Positions 37,695 through 48,689 of a stretch of DNA of 64,000 nucleotides are shown here, in pieces. The stretch spans positions 322,338,001 through 322,402,000 of the forward strand of contig NC_091283.1 in assembly GCF_032444005.1 (NCBI RefSeq), in the 5' to 3' direction. The notes under the pieces were generated by a model. The model saw only the letters and a list, made by a program, of their open reading frames with translations, ran no database searches and was not told the origin of the DNA. Numbering within the stretch: the stretch's first letter is position 1; each line of letters begins with the position of its first letter. Made by a program: the position numbers and the translations under genes. This stretch comes from Ranitomeya imitator. Lineage: Eukaryota.

Positions 37695-40061
37695 GGGCCA
37701 TTCTATATATAGGCAAATTGGTTGCTATATATTACCCCTTGGGAATGGACTAAGATACAAATGATGTTATGGGGTATTTATGTCATGTCAGACTATGGTG
37801 GAGCTGTATACTTACCATCTCTGATTAAGTTTATTGCCGTATGTTGCCGTATGTTACGCCATCTTATACTTACCTTTCCGGCCGGCGCGCTCCCGACGCT
37901 CCTCCTCGCTCCTCTGCCTCTGCTTTCCTGGGTGCTCATCCCTTTGCCAGTCCGCGCATGCGCAGACGGGCTTCTCTTACCACTGGGGCTTCTGGGAGGT
38001 CGTGACCCGTTGGCTCCGCCCCCAATATGGTGGCGCCCATCGGGTATTTCACTCCCGCATTTGTCCTGGTTGGACACCTTTGCGTCTATCATGTTTGTCG
38101 GCTTCTAGCCGGCATCCCTTTAGTTTCCTTGGCTCCACTAGCGTTTACTGTCTTGGTTTCTGTCTCATTGTCGCCTTCCTTGCCAGTCCTGTGTTCCTGC
38201 CGTCTTGCCAGTCCTGTGTTCCTGCCGTCTTGCAAGTCCTGTGTTCCTGCCTTCTTTCCTGCCATCTTGCCAGTCCTGTGCTCCAGCCATCCCTGCCGGT
38301 CCTGTGTTCCTGACGTTCCCCACTTATCGTGTGTCTCCTTCATAGCGGTCAGTACATTTTCTCTGCAGACTCTGCCCGTCCTGTGACTCTTCTGATCTGT
38401 TTGCCTCAGTGACACCACCTCTCTCTTATCCTCTGACCCATCTCTGGTTCTTACTTCAGTCGTCCCTTTGGCTCCGTCAGTTGCGGCTTCACCCTCCTTG
38501 GGCCTGTCCCAAACACTCCCTGTATAGGGGGTGGCTCCATCTGGTCCGCTCGCCTTTGGGGGCTCTGTAACCGTGACCCAGAGGGTCCACTTCTCGGGTC
38601 GTAATAGTACGCAAAGGCCATGGATCCCGCTGGAGCTGCGGTTGCTCAGAAGGAACTAGTTTTCCTTCGGCAGAATCAGAGTCGGATGATGTCCTTCATG
38701 AAATCCATGGACTCCCAACTTTCTGCCCTTCAGACCTCTGACCTGGGGAATGCCTCCCAGTTAGCCAGTCTGCAACAAGAGCTGGTACAGCAGCGGGACA
38801 CTCAGTCCCATATTCTGGGTTATATGGCATCTGTTGATACTCGACTTCTTTCCTTACAGACTGCGGCGTCTGCACCTACTCCTGCTCCTCATCCCGTTTG
38901 GCTAAACCTCCCCGTTTTAATGGTGATCCCAAATTATTCCGGGGATTTCTAAATCAGTGCCGTCTTCATTTCGAGCTCCTTCCCCTGAAATACCCTTCAG
39001 ACCGGGCCAAGATAGCCTTTATTATTTCTCATTTGGAGGGTGATGCGCTAGCATGGATTAACCCTCTCTGGGAGCGCGATGATCCTGTGGTCAATCAATT
39101 AACATCTTTTTTGGAGACGTTTTGTCGAGTGTTCAATGAACCAGGTCATTTGGCTTCTACCACTGAGGCAGGGTCTCTGCTTCAGTTTCTGCCCCCAAAC
39201 CGATGTAAGTTGATCGTGTTAAACTCTCCGAACAACGTCGCAAGGAGAGGTGTACCCAGGGTCTCTGTTTTTACTGTGGAAGTCCCTCACACCTTCTTCG
39301 AGCCTGCCCTGACCGTCCGGAAAACTCCTCCACCTAGGTCAGGTAAGAGAGGTCTCCCTAGGTGCATGTGAAACATCTCAACCCCTCATTTTGCCCGTTT
39401 TATTGCACATTCACGACAAACGTTTCTCTCTTGAGGCTTATCTAGACTCGGGTGCAGCAGGAAATTTTATTAGGTTAGAGGAGGTAATTAAATTCTCAGT
39501 CCCTGTTAGACCTTTAGAGAATCCTCTTCTTCCCGCTTCTGTTGATGGGAGACCCCTGCAGGAAACTATTACTCAAGTCACGCACTTGGTGGAGCTTCAG
39601 GTCGGGGCTCTTCATAGGCAGAGAATTTCATTTTTAGTTTTAGCCAACATCTATCATTCTATTCTTCTCGGTCTCCCGTGGTTGCCTCTCCACGAACCTT
39701 TCTTGGACTGGCGTGGGGGCAATATTCTTCGTTGGGGAGATTCCTGTCAGTCTCGTTGTCTGCTGCCGGTGCCTTCTGCTTATTCTTCTTTTTCTGATGT
39801 TTTTGACAAAAAGGAGGCTGAGTCTCTTCCGCCGCACCAACCTTACGATTGTCCCATAGATCTTGTTCCTGGTACCACGCCTCCTAGGGGAAGAATTTAT
39901 CCTTTCTCGCCTGCAGAAACACAAGCTATGTCGGACTATGTTCAAGAGAATCTTGCTAGAGGCTTTATTCGGAAATCTTCTTCTCCAGCTGGAGCAGGTT
40001 TCTTTTTCGTGAAAAAGGATGGTTCCCTTCGCCCGTGTATTGATTAAAGAGGGTTAAATAA

Positions 40062-40436
40062 TGTGGAGACCAGACTGAACCAAAGGATCCATTTTGTCTC
40101 CCAGATGAAATCTGCTTCTGCACAGCAAACTTGACATTTCCTTTTATAGAAGTAATCACGCGCGCATTTCTCCTTGATATTGTAGCCTTTCACCCACATA
40201 CCAGATATTGTAACTTTTCACTAGTATAGATTTGCTTTGTAAGTGATTATGAAATATGAGCGCTTGTGCGCATGTCTGTAAATGCCTAACTTCTTACTAT
40301 ATAAAGAAGGGGCAGCGCCCAGTGAGGCAGGCGTGCTCCGGGGCTACCCCTGTTTATGAACACACAACCTTTGTGCTGCGTGTCATTTACTTGGATTCCT
40401 CAATCCAGGAAGCCAGGGACGGAAGAGGACTCAACA
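40062..40436 (+). repeat. ERV 5' LTR (375 bp)
   Basis: TG...CA ends; TATATAAA box; matches 47206-47580 with one C/T difference seen. Confidence 0.97.
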
Positions 40437-40441
40437 TTTCT

Positions 40442-40460
40442 TGGCACCCGAAACAGGGAC
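40442..40460 (+). promoter_or_regulatory. Primer-binding site, tRNA-Lys(UUU)-like
   Basis: TGGCACCCGAAACAGGGAC vs canonical TGGCGCCCGAACAGGGAC; a splice donor CAG|GTAAGA follows at 40554/40555. Confidence 0.8.
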
Positions 40461-41141
40461 CCGAGGCGAGAGTGTCTACTCGAGATTCACCTACAGATAC
40501 GGACAACGGAGATCTGGGATAATGGACGGCAAATGAATTGAAAAACCTGGCCAGGTAAGAGACATTATTAGTTCTCTTTTATCTGCCCTGTATTATCCGA
40601 AAGATCTCTACGAGCCATGTCACGCTGGGTTAGTCTAGTAGTGAGTAGATACCTATAAAACTCGGGTTACCATATTGTATAGATTTATGAGTCCTGTCCC
40701 TGGCAGTGTGTGAACAAGTGTGAAGGTTGTGGCATGTTATGAAAGAAGGATAAAAGTACGTAGAACAATAAGCCGAAATTGCTAGGACAAGTCTTATTAG
40801 TGAAGTCAGCCTAACTGGGTCATGTGGTTGCGTCCTTTCGGGGAGACCTCCGCCCATGCTTGACTCTCTTTGAGAAACTTGTTCCTTCATTTTTGGATAA
40901 GAGTTTGATAGAATGAGCCCAGGACACGAGTCCATGAGCCTGGGACAAGTATGATAACAGAGACGGAAAGTTTGGTGATCTGTTTGGTGTTGCTGATCCT
41001 GTTTGCGTGCATTGTAGGAATCAAGTTTATTCTGCACATTAGAAAGAACGGAGCAGATCAGCCCTTCAATATCTTAGCTCCCTAAGGAGGTGATTGTCCA
41101 AACGTCACCTAGGATAAGTGTAGCTATTATTGAAAAGAAAA

Positions 41142-42536
41142 ATGGGAAATAAACAGACAAAATCCGTCTTAGGACAAGTAGAAGCAAAAGATATCATACA
41201 GGAAAGATGTGGAAAGACAGTCAGAAGGCAGATCAGAAGGGTAAGAGAAAAATTGGGAATTTCAGAAGCACTTATGTTTAGCACTGAATGGGAAAGACTG
41301 AGTAAAGAACGAGGTGGAATTATCAAAGACAATGGGTGGGAAGAAATCATACACTGTATGATAAAGGTCTCAAAAACAGCTAAAGAGGAGAATTGGAAGT
41401 ATGATCCAGACACTTCCAAATGGAGTATGGGTACGGGAAAATGTTGTGCCACGACTCATTCAGTTCCTCCTCCTTACCTAGATCCGAATGTTCAACCATT
41501 TGTACCTTCTGAAGGAGGACAAACCAAACCAAATTTATATCCTGGGTTAAATGGGGTGGAAGGATGGGTGTGCAAAAATTGTGGCCAGCAGAATCCAGAC
41601 TGGAGAACTGAATGTTCTGCCTGTGGGGCCCCCAGAGGTCATCAATTGTTAGCTCCTGTTAGGATAGTACCGAAACCCTTCAGAGAAACTGGTGTAGATG
41701 GAGCAATGGCAACTAGATATCACCAAACCCGACAATACTTCCCTTGGTCCCCCGCTGAAGGAATGTCTCTTCTACATAATGCACCAGATCCTACCCAGTA
41801 CCCAGTTAGATTCGCACAGTATATACAGCAAATTATGCAGACTCATGCAGGAGTCTGGGCAGATGGAGAGGAATTATGTAGAATGAAAATGACTCCTGGT
41901 CTCTTCCAGGAACTGCTAACACATCTACAGGGACACAGGCCACAGGTGGGACAGGAGCTACAAGAGGGACAAGCGGGACAAGGTGCCTTACAAACGATAG
42001 AATCAGGAACACAATTTGTAGACCATTTAATAGTTTTCATGAGGCAGAAACAGAGGCAGAGAGGAACAACGGGAGTGGTGGCTCAGAGACCTGGACAATC
42101 GGTAGATGAATATTATCTAGGGGTAGAGAATAATTTTAGAGATGAAGGAATAGATCTAACCGCTCCAGGAATGATGAGGTTAATTACAAAAACCTTTATA
42201 GATGGATTGTCTCCAAAAGTAAAGGAAAAACTTAAGGCTGCAACTCCTGATTGGAGAACCTTGGAAGACCCACACTTGGCCAGGCAAAAAGCCGTAGGGA
42301 TAGAGTTGGATTTAAGAGAAAATCATAAGCCTGTCAGAATAGCGCAAGCAAACACAACAGGTGGAAGGGCAAGACATAATTTTCCCTGTCATTACTGCAA
42401 GAAACCAGGACATTTCCAGAAAGAATGTAGAAAGAAGCAGGCAGACATAAAATCAGGAAAATTTGTACCAAAGAATAAGCCCTCAGACATCCAACAGACA
42501 TCCATAGTGGATGGTCCCATACCAGACTCAGATTGA
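41142..42536 (+). CDS. gag: Retroviral Gag (465 aa from MGNKQ)
   Basis: MG myristoylation start, PPPY late domain, RanBP2-type finger, MHR-like QRPGQSVDEYY, single CCHC CHYCKKPGHFQKEC. Confidence 0.9.
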   Translation: MGNKQTKSVLGQVEAKDIIQERCGKTVRRQIRRVREKLGISEALMFSTEWERLSKERGGIIKDNGWEEIIHCMIKVSKTAKEENWKYDPDTSKWSMGTGKCCATTHSVPPPYLDPNVQPFVPSEGGQTKPNLYPGLNGVEGWVCKNCGQQNPDWRTECSACGAPRGHQLLAPVRIVPKPFRETGVDGAMATRYHQTRQYFPWSPAEGMSLLHNAPDPTQYPVRFAQYIQQIMQTHAGVWADGEELCRMKMTPGLFQELLTHLQGHRPQVGQELQEGQAGQGALQTIESGTQFVDHLIVFMRQKQRQRGTTGVVAQRPGQSVDEYYLGVENNFRDEGIDLTAPGMMRLITKTFIDGLSPKVKEKLKAATPDWRTLEDPHLARQKAVGIELDLRENHKPVRIAQANTTGGRARHNFPCHYCKKPGHFQKECRKKQADIKSGKFVPKNKPSDIQQTSIVDGPIPDSD

Positions 42537-45500
42537 CTCAATGTGTTACAAACTTCCCTACCAGCTAGAAGACCTATAATACAGGTGAATGTGGGGGGAA
42601 GAGAGATTCCATTTTTAATAGATACAGGTGCAACTTCCTCAATTTTGAATCAAGATTTTCTTCCAAACCCGGAAGATATTTCACAACAAACAACTTTTGC
42701 TGAGGGTTATGATGGGGTAATTCAAACACTACCATACACTGTGCCCCTAGAGGTCTCCTTAGGACCTAAATGTTTTGCATCCAGATTTTTGTATGCCAGA
42801 GGTGCCCCAACATGTTTGTTGGGAACTGATGTCTTGAAGAAATTAGAAGCTAACATCAATTTTAGGGAAGATGGCACAGTCATGCTGACTATCCCTGATG
42901 ATGCAGAAACATTAGAACAATATGTCAGAATTCAGGCTTTTGAGGATTATACTGAAGAAAAAGAGTACACCACAGATCTAGACCTCTCAACAGTCCCAGA
43001 AACACTGTGGGCACAGGGTGACACTGATGTGGGATTATTGCATATCTCTCCTGTAAAACTATCTGTGCAACCAGGAACTGTTCTCCCACAGCTCAGACAA
43101 TACCCTGTGAGTGCCCAGCAGGAACTAGCGATTACAAAACAGATAGAGGGATATAGAGAGAAAGGAGTTTTGGTAGAGATACAATCACCTGCTAACACTC
43201 CTCTGTATCCAGTCAAGAAGAGAACTCTTGATAAGGGTTCTATGCCCAAATATCGTATGGTACATGATCTAAGAGAAATAAACAAAGTTCTAGATCCAAT
43301 CACCCCAGTTGTACCCAATCCTCATACGTTACTATCACAGATACCAGCCAGTTCTCAAGTGTTTACTGTAATAGATCTTTCAAATGCATTTTTCTCGGTT
43401 CCTTTACACCAAGACAGTTGGCATTTGTTTGCATTTACATTTAAGGGCAAACAGTTGGCGTGGACACGCCTTCCACAGGGAATGATACACTCCCCTACTC
43501 TTTATTCAAATGCCCTACAAACAGTCCTTCAGAGGTTTGAACCCGAACCACAGGTAGTAATTTTGCAGTATGTGGATGACCTACTACTTTGCTGCCCAGA
43601 TCTAGAAACTGCAGAAAGGTCCACTGTGAGTTTACTATGTTTTCTAGAAAAAGAAGGGTGTAAAGTGAATAGACAAAAGCTACAAGTTTGTCAGACCAAA
43701 GTGGTCTTTCTAGGTCATTGCATTTCTCAAGGTAAAAAGCATCTTACACCTCAAAGAATTGAAGCAATAAGACAGATGAATGAGCCTAGAAATCATAAAC
43801 AGCTACGAGCATTTTTAGGAATAGTGTCTCATTGTAGACAATAGATTATACATGCCAGTCAACTAATGCAACCACTGTATGACTGTGTAAAAAGTGAACC
43901 TTATTTGTTGACAAAAGAAGGTCAGATTTCGTTCCAACAATTAAAAGATGCCCTTGTTTCAGCTCCAGCGTTAGGGCTACCAGACTACACCAAACTATTT
44001 CAGCTTATGGCTGCAGAAGTTGATTCCCATGCTACAGGAGTTCTTACCCAGAAGCATGCAGGGAAACAAAGACCAATTGCATATCTTTCAGCAAGGTTAG
44101 ATCCCGTAGCTAGAGCAGCGCCAACCTGTGTACGTGTAGTTGTTGCTGTCTCACTATTGTTGGACAAAGCATCAGAAATTGTCCTAGAGTATCCACTCAC
44201 AGTTCAAACTACACATGATGTTTATGGGATATTAAACCAGGTCCAACCAAAACACATTTCCATGGCCAGACATTTGCGGCTACAGTGTTCTTTGCTGCTA
44301 CCCTCCACTATCACATTTGCAAGGCTTCAGACTCTCAATTTAGCTACACTGCTACCTCTCGAGTCTGAAGGGGGGAATAAGGACACTGATACACACACAA
44401 ATGTTTTCCCTACAGACACACATGATTGTACAGAGCTCATTTTACAAGAAACGGTAGGCTTACCCAATGTATCCGAAACACCACTTCAAAATCCAGATTT
44501 AGAGCTGTTTATAGATGGTAGTAGGTTTGCAGATGACACAGGTAACTTCCATACAGGGTATGCAGTTGTGTCAGGATCTGAAACTCTCAAAGCAGAACCG
44601 CTTCCACCGAAACAATCTGCACAAGAAGCAGAACTAACAGCATTGATTGAAGCTCTAAAAATAGCTGAGAATCAGACAGCTAATATATACACTGATTCTA
44701 GGTATGCACATGGTATTGTGTTTGATTTTGGAGTAATCTGGAGAGCTAGAGGTTACATGACAGCGTCAGGACAACCTGTAAAACATGCTTCTCTGATCAA
44801 ACAGATCTTAGAGGCTGCACAAGAAACAAAAGAAGTAGCAGTAATCAAGGTAGCTGCACATGTGAGACTCGACACTAGGGAATCTAGGGGAAATGATAGG
44901 GCTGATAAAGCAGCCAAAGCAGCAGCAGTCAAACCCTTACAACAGGTCCATACTGTAAACCTCACAGAAAATACTGAAGATAGACTGAGACAAGCACAGG
45001 AAGATGCAGGAGAAGAGGAGAGGGACAGGTGGAAAAAGGAAGGGGCAGAAGAACAAGAGGGAATTTGGAAGAAAAATGGACTAATATGTCTACCTAGAGC
45101 CTGGTACCCGATAGTAGTTGGTGGATTACATCACCCTACGCATGTGTCTGCAAATGCAATGACACTACTGGCAAAGCAAGTCTGGTTGGCTCCAGGTTTT
45201 GGCAACTACGCAAGAGACTATTGTGCTGCATGCGCTATATGCCTGACACATAATCCCGGACAGACAGCAAAGACCCCTATGAAGCACCACGTCCGACCTC
45301 TCTACCCGTTTCAACGGTTGCAGATAGACTTTATCCAGCTGCCAAAGAGTAATGGGTATGAGTATGTGTTGGTGTGTGTGGACATGTTCTCGGGGTGGCC
45401 AGAGGCCTATCCAGTTCGGAAGGCTTCAGCTAAAAACACTGCTGTAAAGCTAGTTACCGAACTGGTGCCCCGTTATGGTCTCCCTGAAGTGATCGAGTCA

Positions 45501-46082
45501 GATAGGGGTACTCATTTCACTGGAGAAATATTTCAAAATGTACTAAAAATGTTGGGTGTTGAAAGTCAGTTACACACTCCGTATCATCCTCAAAGTTCTG
45601 GTAAGGTAGAACGCATGAATGGAACTTTAAAATTAAAAATACAGAAAGCCATGGCTGAAACAGGAAAGCCTTGGACAGAATGCCTTTCACTGGCCCTTTA
45701 CTCAATACGCAATACCCCAAGGGGTAAGACTAAACTGTCTCCATATGAAATTTTGTTTGGCAGGACTGCCAATTTAGGATGTTATTTTCCACAGCAACTT
45801 GTGTTAAATATTAAATCACTGACTTCCTATGTGCAAAATCTTCAGAAACAATTAACTAAGGTGCATGCACAAGTTTTTGCTTCCCTTCCAGATCCTGACA
45901 ACACTGAAGGAAGTCACAAGTTGGAACCAGGTGATCAAGTCTATATAAAAAGACACACCAGAAAGGCTCTTGAACCAAGATTTGACGGACCCTTCCAAGT
46001 CCTGTTGACAACACCTACATCAGTCAAGCTTGAAGGAAAGGCATCATGGATACATGCAAGCCATTGCAAAAAAGCAGTATAA
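42537..46082 (+). pseudogene. pol: Retroviral pro-pol (PR-RT-RNaseH-IN), in frame with gag, one nonsense codon (TAG 43842-43844)
   Basis: FLIDTGA, LPQG, YVDDLL, DGS...SAQEAEL...YTDSRY, HHCC, QIDF...ESDRGTHF...VERMNG, GPF motifs; the frame is continuous across RQ*II. Confidence 0.93.
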
Positions 46083-47081
46083 AACTCATGATATTGATGT
46101 TAATAATGTTAACCACAACGAAGGCATGGGAAAGACTAAATTCTTTAGCCCCTTTGAACAATAGATTCGTACAACATCATAGAAAATTAGTGCACGACTT
46201 GTTAAACAATACACAAACCCTGACAGATTGTTGGATCTGTACCCATTCACCAGTATCAGCCACAAGTATACCTTTTCTAGCAGTTCCCGTGTCAGCTGAA
46301 GAGATATTCAGCTTTGTGGGATCTGCCTGAGGGTACATTTTGGATATGCGGAGAAGGAGCATATAAATGGCTTCCCGTAGGTATAAAGGGTACTTGTACA
46401 TTAGGACGCCTAACCCCAGCTACTTTCATAATTTCAAATAAACAAGTGAATATGCAAGCCGTACCCAAGCACACACTATATAAAAGAGCTGCAGATAACT
46501 CACCACGTCCCTCAGGGAGGCCACATATAGTACAAATGGGAATTCCCAACAAAATTGCTAGTACCATTTTTATTTATCCTATGTTAACACAAATGTGGGA
46601 TAAATTAGTTAGAGCCACGGATTATCTAGATGATCAGATCTGGGATATATTGGATATACTAAACACTAGTGTAGCTGTACAGAATCAGCTTATAATAGTC
46701 GTCAACCAACATACCCTGGTATTGGATTACCTAACTGCCTCACAAGGGGGTATGTGTCAAATCATTGGACCCACCTGCTGTCATTATATAGACCCGAATA
46801 GTACTATGAGTATGACATTTAAATTAAAGGACGTACAACGACTCAGAGATCAGTATGACAAAGACAATGACCAGAATAAGGATAGCTGGTGGTCAGATAC
46901 CTTTTCTTTTCTTAACCCAGCCAACTGGTTCAGAGGGATCGGTGGGTGGGTTGCCGGGATTATGCAGAGCATAATACATATAGTTATGATTATTGTAATC
47001 ATATATGTGTTATTCAAGATTGTACTCAAGGGTATCTCAGTATGCACAAATAAATTTTGTGTAATAGATGCAAGAGTATAA
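46046..47081 (+). pseudogene. env: Gamma-type env with internal SU deletion and frameshift near 46310
   Basis: Signal peptide, CWIC, furin site LYKR, ISD-like NQHTLVLDYLTASQGGMC, CX6CC and TM helix; two overlapping ORFs. Confidence 0.88.
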
Positions 47082-47193
47082 AGTTTATTATTGCCGTACT
47101 AATTTTCTTTTATATTTTAGTATACTGCCGCATAAAGAAGAAAATGCACAAGCTTCATGCAAAAATTTATGACAAATAATAAAAGAATATGTC

Positions 47194-47204
47194 AAAGGGG
47201 GGAA
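47194..47204 (+). promoter_or_regulatory. Polypurine tract
   Basis: AAAGGGGGGAA immediately 5' of the 3' LTR. Confidence 0.9.
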
Positions 47205-47205
47205 T

Positions 47206-47580
47206 TGTGGAGACCAGACTGAACCAAAGGATCCATTTTGTCTCCCAGATGAAATCTGCTTCTGCACAGCAAACTTGACATTTCCTTTTATAGAAGTAAT
47301 CACGCGCGCATTTCTCCTTGATATTGTAGCCTTTCACCCACATACCAGATATTGTAACTTTTCACTAGTATAGATTTGCTTTGTAAGTGATTATGAAATA
47401 TGAGCGCTTGTGCGCATGTCTGTAAATGCCTAACTTCTTACTATATAAAGAAGGGGCAGCGCCCAGTGAGGTAGGCGTGCTCCGGGGCTACCCCTGTTTA
47501 TGAACACACAACCTTTGTGCTGCGTGTCATTTACTTGGATTCCTCAATCCAGGAAGCCAGGGACGGAAGAGGACTCAACA
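47206..47580 (+). repeat. ERV 3' LTR
   Basis: Direct repeat of 40062-40436 (offset 7144). Confidence 0.97.
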
Positions 47581-47682
47581 ATAACATCACTGTGAAGAAC
47601 AAATACTCTTTATCTGTTATCTCTGAACTTTTCGACCGACTGAGAGGAGCACGAATTTTCACCAAACTTGATTTTCGGGGAG

Positions 47683-47983
47683 CATCTATGGGAACTCCAT
47701 CAAGATTATTGGAAGACCATTCCCAGTGACAACCTCTTGAAGCTCATCAAGAGAATGCCAAGAGTGTGCAAAGCAGTCATGAAAGCAAAAGGTGGCTACT
47801 TTGAAGAACCTAGAATATAAGACATAATTTCAGTTGTTTCACACTTTTTTGTTAAGTATATAATTCCGCATGTATTAATTCATAGTTTTGATGCCTTCAG
47901 TATGAATGTACAATTTTCATAGTCATGAAAATACAGAAAAATCTTTAAATGAGAAGGTGTGTCCAATCTTTTGGTCTGTACTG
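47683..47983 (+). mobile_element. Tc1 transposon 3' fragment
   Basis: HLWELHQDYWKTIPSDNLLKLIKRMPRVCKAVMKAKGGYFEE; ends TTTGGTCTGTACTG|TA. Confidence 0.85.
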
Positions 47984-47989
47984 TATGTG

Positions 47990-48285
47990 TAAGTTTTAAG
48001 ATGTGCGGTGGCAAACTATATATTCAAGTAAAAGGACCTAGAGATAGACAATCATGTGATCAAAATGTGTACTATGATTGGTCCGTAGTAAGTATAAGAC
48101 CTATGCACTTACCTAATTATATCAGCTGTGATAAAGATCGTGACAGATCGAAACGCGTTGCTGGACTATTGGCATGCTAAGCGCACCGTCACAGAATGAT
48201 GATTGAGCCGCTCTTGTAATTTTAAATTGTGTCTTCAATAAAGAAAACTCATTTAAGGAGCTGGGACAATACTATCTTTTCTACA
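47990..48285 (+). mobile_element. Penelope pLTR remnant with damaged hammerhead (48123-48163)
   Basis: GATTGG and GTATAAG boxes, then CAGC-[damaged core]-GATC-gtgaca-GATC-GAAAC-GC-GTT-GCTG, then AATAAA. Confidence 0.6.
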
Positions 48286-48530
48286 ATAGTAAAATGCCTG
48301 GAAAGTCCATGTAAAAGAAACCCCTTATGTTATGTATATTATGTCTGTGGGAGTTTAATCTGAAGTGTAGTGGTTGTATAGACCTCCCCACATACTGTTT
48401 TTTACATTTACACTCAATCATATAAATTACAAAATCTGTAGCACAATTTAGATGTTGATTAATAGAAAATACTTCTTTTGTAACAGAGGAAATTATATTA
48501 ATAGTAATAGGTTCCCCTTTGTCAGACCAC
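48286..48530 (-). mobile_element. Penelope GIY-YIG endonuclease fragment
   Basis: LNCATDFVIYMIECKCKKQYVGRSIQPLHFRLNSHRHNI, then SRHF in another frame. Confidence 0.85.
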
Positions 48531-48689
48531 CCCCATGCCCGGCGGTCAGTATGACTTTGCGATTCCCTTGGCCCCATACCTTCTGTCTGGTCTGACTCTC
48601 TGTCACCACGTCTGCTACAGTGTCTCCTCCTAGGCCACTCAGCACTGAGCTAACAGAGGAGTCACAAATTCTAACTCTTCTATTACTGA

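Larger units (their letters stand above)
40062..47580 (+). mobile_element. Full-length epsilon-like (class I) endogenous retrovirus, 7519 bp
   Basis: Paired LTRs, PBS, gag-pro-pol-env and PPT; ATAA TSD at 40058-40061 and 47581-47584. Confidence 0.97.
37852..47682 (+). mobile_element. Decayed Ty3/Gypsy (sushi/Tf1-like) retrotransposon, split by the ERV; 5' LTR 37852-38606
   Basis: LTR TGTTACG...CGTAATA; gag FRGFLNQCRLHF...LEGDALAWINPLWE; protease YLDSGAAGNFI; RT PYDCPIDL...GFFFVKKDGSLRPCID*RGLN|NITVKNKY...RIFTKLD resumes at 47581; frameshifted. Confidence 0.9.

Noticed and set aside
40461-41141. Accessory gene in the 680-nt ERV leader (as with WDSV orf C)
   Set aside because: No plus-strand ORF of meaningful length; only micro-ORFs before the splice donor.
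43842-43844. TGG>TAG in pol as APOBEC-type hypermutation
   Set aside because: A single G>A change; the rest of gag-pol is open, so there is no hypermutation signal.
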